Positions 61,890 through 64,000 of a stretch of DNA of 64,000 nt are shown here, one piece after another. Numbering within the stretch: position 1 is the stretch's first letter; the number at the start of each line of letters is the position of its first letter. Under the pieces are notes generated by a model. That model worked only from the letters and a program-made list of their open reading frames with translations. It made no database searches and had not been told where the DNA came from. Source of the stretch: Candidatus Neptunichlamydia sp. (GTDB lineage: Bacteria; Chlamydiota; Chlamydiia; Chlamydiales; Simkaniaceae); assembly GCA_965233865.1 (NCBI GenBank), contig OZ247587.1, forward strand, positions 1,568,001-1,632,000. Reading direction: 5' to 3'. Made by a program: the position numbers and the translations under genes.

Positions 61890-63344
61890 GTGCCAGGAAA
61901 CGCAGATATCGGACTAATTGGACTTGCTGTCATGGGACAAAACTTGGTCCTCAACATGAACGACCATGGATACAGGGTTGCTGTTTTCAACCGCACAACG
62001 TCTAAAGTCGACGCCTTCCTAGAAGGTCCTGCTAAGGGGACAGAGATTGTTGGGACTCATACGCTCAAAGAATTGGTTAGTTCACTGAAATGCCCGCGGA
62101 AAGTAATGATGATGATCCGCGCTGGGTCCTCAGTAGATGATACGATTAATGAGCTTGCGCCCCTTCTAGAAAAAGGGGACATCATTATCGATGGAGGGAA
62201 TAGTCATTTCCCTGATAGTGAGCGTCGTTTTAAGGAGCTGAAAGAAAAAGGGATCCTGTTTATTGGGACCGGAATCTCAGGTGGAGAAGAAGGAGCTCGT
62301 AATGGTCCTTCGATTATGCCTGGAGGAAACCCTGATGCCTGGCCTGAGGTTAAACCTATTTTTCAGGCCATTGCTGCCAAGTCTGAAGATGGAGAGCCTT
62401 GTTGCGATTGGGTAGGAGAAGGTGGCGCAGGTCACTATGTCAAGATGGTCCACAATGGAATTGAATATGGGGACATGCAAATTATTTGCGAAGCGTATGA
62501 GCTTCTTTCATCAAAACTTGGGCTTGATGCTGATGAACTCTCAAAAGTTTTTGCTGAATGGAACAAGGGAGAACTCAATAGTTATCTCATTGAGATTACC
62601 AGTCAAATCTTTGCTTACAAAGAAAAAGAAGGAAATGCCCTCGTTGAGAGTATCCTTGATGTTGCGGGGCAAAAAGGTACAGGAAAATGGACAGGGATCA
62701 GTGCTCTTGATATGGGGATGCCTCTCACTCTTATTGGCGAAGCAGTTTTTGCGCGGTGCCTTTCAGCCCTTAAAGAAGAGCGGATTGAATTGAGCAAGCT
62801 TTTTGAAGGGCCAGGCAAAGATTTTAAAGGCGATAAAAAGCAGATGACCGAAGACATCAAGCAAGCTCTTTACGCTTCAAAAATTATTAGCTATGTGCAA
62901 GGATTTATGTTGATGCGCGCAGCTGCAACTGAGTTTAAGTGGAACCTTAATTATGGCTCCATTGCTCTTATGTGGCGAGGAGGATGCATCATCCGCAGCC
63001 GCTTCTTAGGTGAGATTAAGAAGGCATTCGATAAAACAAAGGACCTCAAAAGTCTTCTTCTTGATGACTTTTTTAGAGAAGAGATTTTGAAAGCAGAACA
63101 GGGTTGGCGCCGTGTAGTGTCTCACGCAGCAGAGTTTGGTGTCCCTACTCCTTGCTTCAGTACATCTCTATCTTTCTTTGACGGATACCGTTCAAGCCGC
63201 CTTCCTGCAAATCTGTTGCAGGCGCAGCGCGACTTCTTTGGTGCTCACACTTATGAAAGGGTAGACCAGCCTCGTGGACAGTTTTTTCACACGAATTGGA
63301 CTGGAACCGGAGGCGATGTAAGTTCTTCAACTTACAATGCATAA
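61890..63344 (+). CDS. gnd: 6-phosphogluconate dehydrogenase (NADP)
   Basis: IGLAVMGQNL, VKMVHNGIEYGDMQ, QAQRDFFGAHTYER; GTG start after GGAGG. Confidence 0.98.
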   Translation: MPGNADIGLIGLAVMGQNLVLNMNDHGYRVAVFNRTTSKVDAFLEGPAKGTEIVGTHTLKELVSSLKCPRKVMMMIRAGSSVDDTINELAPLLEKGDIIIDGGNSHFPDSERRFKELKEKGILFIGTGISGGEEGARNGPSIMPGGNPDAWPEVKPIFQAIAAKSEDGEPCCDWVGEGGAGHYVKMVHNGIEYGDMQIICEAYELLSSKLGLDADELSKVFAEWNKGELNSYLIEITSQIFAYKEKEGNALVESILDVAGQKGTGKWTGISALDMGMPLTLIGEAVFARCLSALKEERIELSKLFEGPGKDFKGDKKQMTEDIKQALYASKIISYVQGFMLMRAAATEFKWNLNYGSIALMWRGGCIIRSRFLGEIKKAFDKTKDLKSLLLDDFFREEILKAEQGWRRVVSHAAEFGVPTPCFSTSLSFFDGYRSSRLPANLLQAQRDFFGAHTYERVDQPRGQFFHTNWTGTGGDVSSSTYNA

Positions 63345-63346
63345 CA

Positions 63347-63868
63347 CTAGTCTGTAAGCTCATTATAGTTGAAGATGAAATCGGATTTGAGTCTTTCCAT
63401 TTGATGGACTGCTGATTCGAAGTCATCATGGTCATGGGAATGAGCATATTGATCCACTTTTTCGTGGATCTCGCAATAAATATCGTGCATTTGCTGTACT
63501 TGTTTTTTTTGTGAGCCAGAAAGCTCTAAATCATCGACTTGCTCAAGTTCCTCCTCCATTTCATCAAGAGTGCTATTAAGCTGCTCAAGCCCTTGTTCAT
63601 AACAGATCTCATTGTAATTCAAGACAAAAGCAGGCTGAAGAGCTTCGAGTTCACGGCAGATGTTATTAAAATCTCCATGTTCCTGTGTTTTTGCGTAGAC
63701 ATCGACTATTTCTTCTAACTTCTTGTATATCCGCTTCATATACCTAGCGAGCTTTTCCCCCCCTTTTTTTAGGTTCATCTCTTCTACTTCATCCATTTCT
63801 TCTTTCATTTCTTGCAAATGAGAGTTGATTAGTTTCATGGCTTCTTCATAATCAATATCTTGATGCAT
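63347..63868 (-). CDS. Acidic helical hypothetical protein with an internal tandem duplication
   Basis: Two ~83-aa units, each YE....NS.L.EM.EE..V.....M..IY.....VD.YA....H.DF.....E.L...F..NYNE. Confidence 0.8.
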   Translation of the reverse strand: MHQDIDYEEAMKLINSHLQEMKEEMDEVEEMNLKKGGEKLARYMKRIYKKLEEIVDVYAKTQEHGDFNNICRELEALQPAFVLNYNEICYEQGLEQLNSTLDEMEEELEQVDDLELSGSQKKQVQQMHDIYCEIHEKVDQYAHSHDHDDFESAVHQMERLKSDFIFNYNELTD

Positions 63869-64000
63869 TTCTCCTCTGACATGTAAGTGCTCCCCTTAAG
63901 TTCATTTTACGCTTAAAGGGAGATTTTTGCTAGTATCCCGGACTTGGTGAGATTTAGAAGAGTGTACTTCTCAACAGTCCCCTGAGGGAAAATGCAACAC

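Noticed and set aside
1..64000. CRISPR array or rRNA
   Set aside because: No regularly spaced direct repeats, cas genes or rRNA-like sequence were seen; the repeats found are dispersed

Overview
This is a chromosomal window from a member of the Chlamydiota, probably an environmental lineage (inference). The evidence is the FHA-type cdsD plus Scc4-like T3SS chaperone pair, a SWIB protein, plant-like GPAT and UGPase, and chlamydial gene order (ogt-MORN-pheT-LysM-yidD; HAD-truA-ispD-SWIB-prfB-GNAT-yebC; ptr-plsB-rng-plsX-rpmF). It is mostly housekeeping genes and four tRNAs, interrupted by three IS-rich patches at about 15.0-17.0, 50.6-52.4 and 59.9-61.6 kb. The most notable observations are: (1) a tightly coupled hpf-HsdR_N-Maf-MORN-Maf operon with two Maf-type glycosyltransferase-like paralogs and no flagellin in the window; (2) a 93-96 bp IS630-derived MITE in three copies, one of which has rewritten the C-terminus of the essential pheT; (3) a TnpB remnant split at its RuvC-III motif by stacked insertions but keeping its right-end hairpin; (4) an unnamed dispersed repeat family in three intergenic regions; (5) an uncalled 59-aa CT652.1-like gene with a sigma54-like promoter, plus a CtcC-like activator with a degenerate receiver and no adjacent kinase; (6) a CIRCE element directly upstream of dnaJ; (7) an AstE/AspA-fold protein that has lost its zinc ligands. 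No CRISPR array or rRNA was seen. All family assignments come from recognising motifs by eye; no database searches were run.
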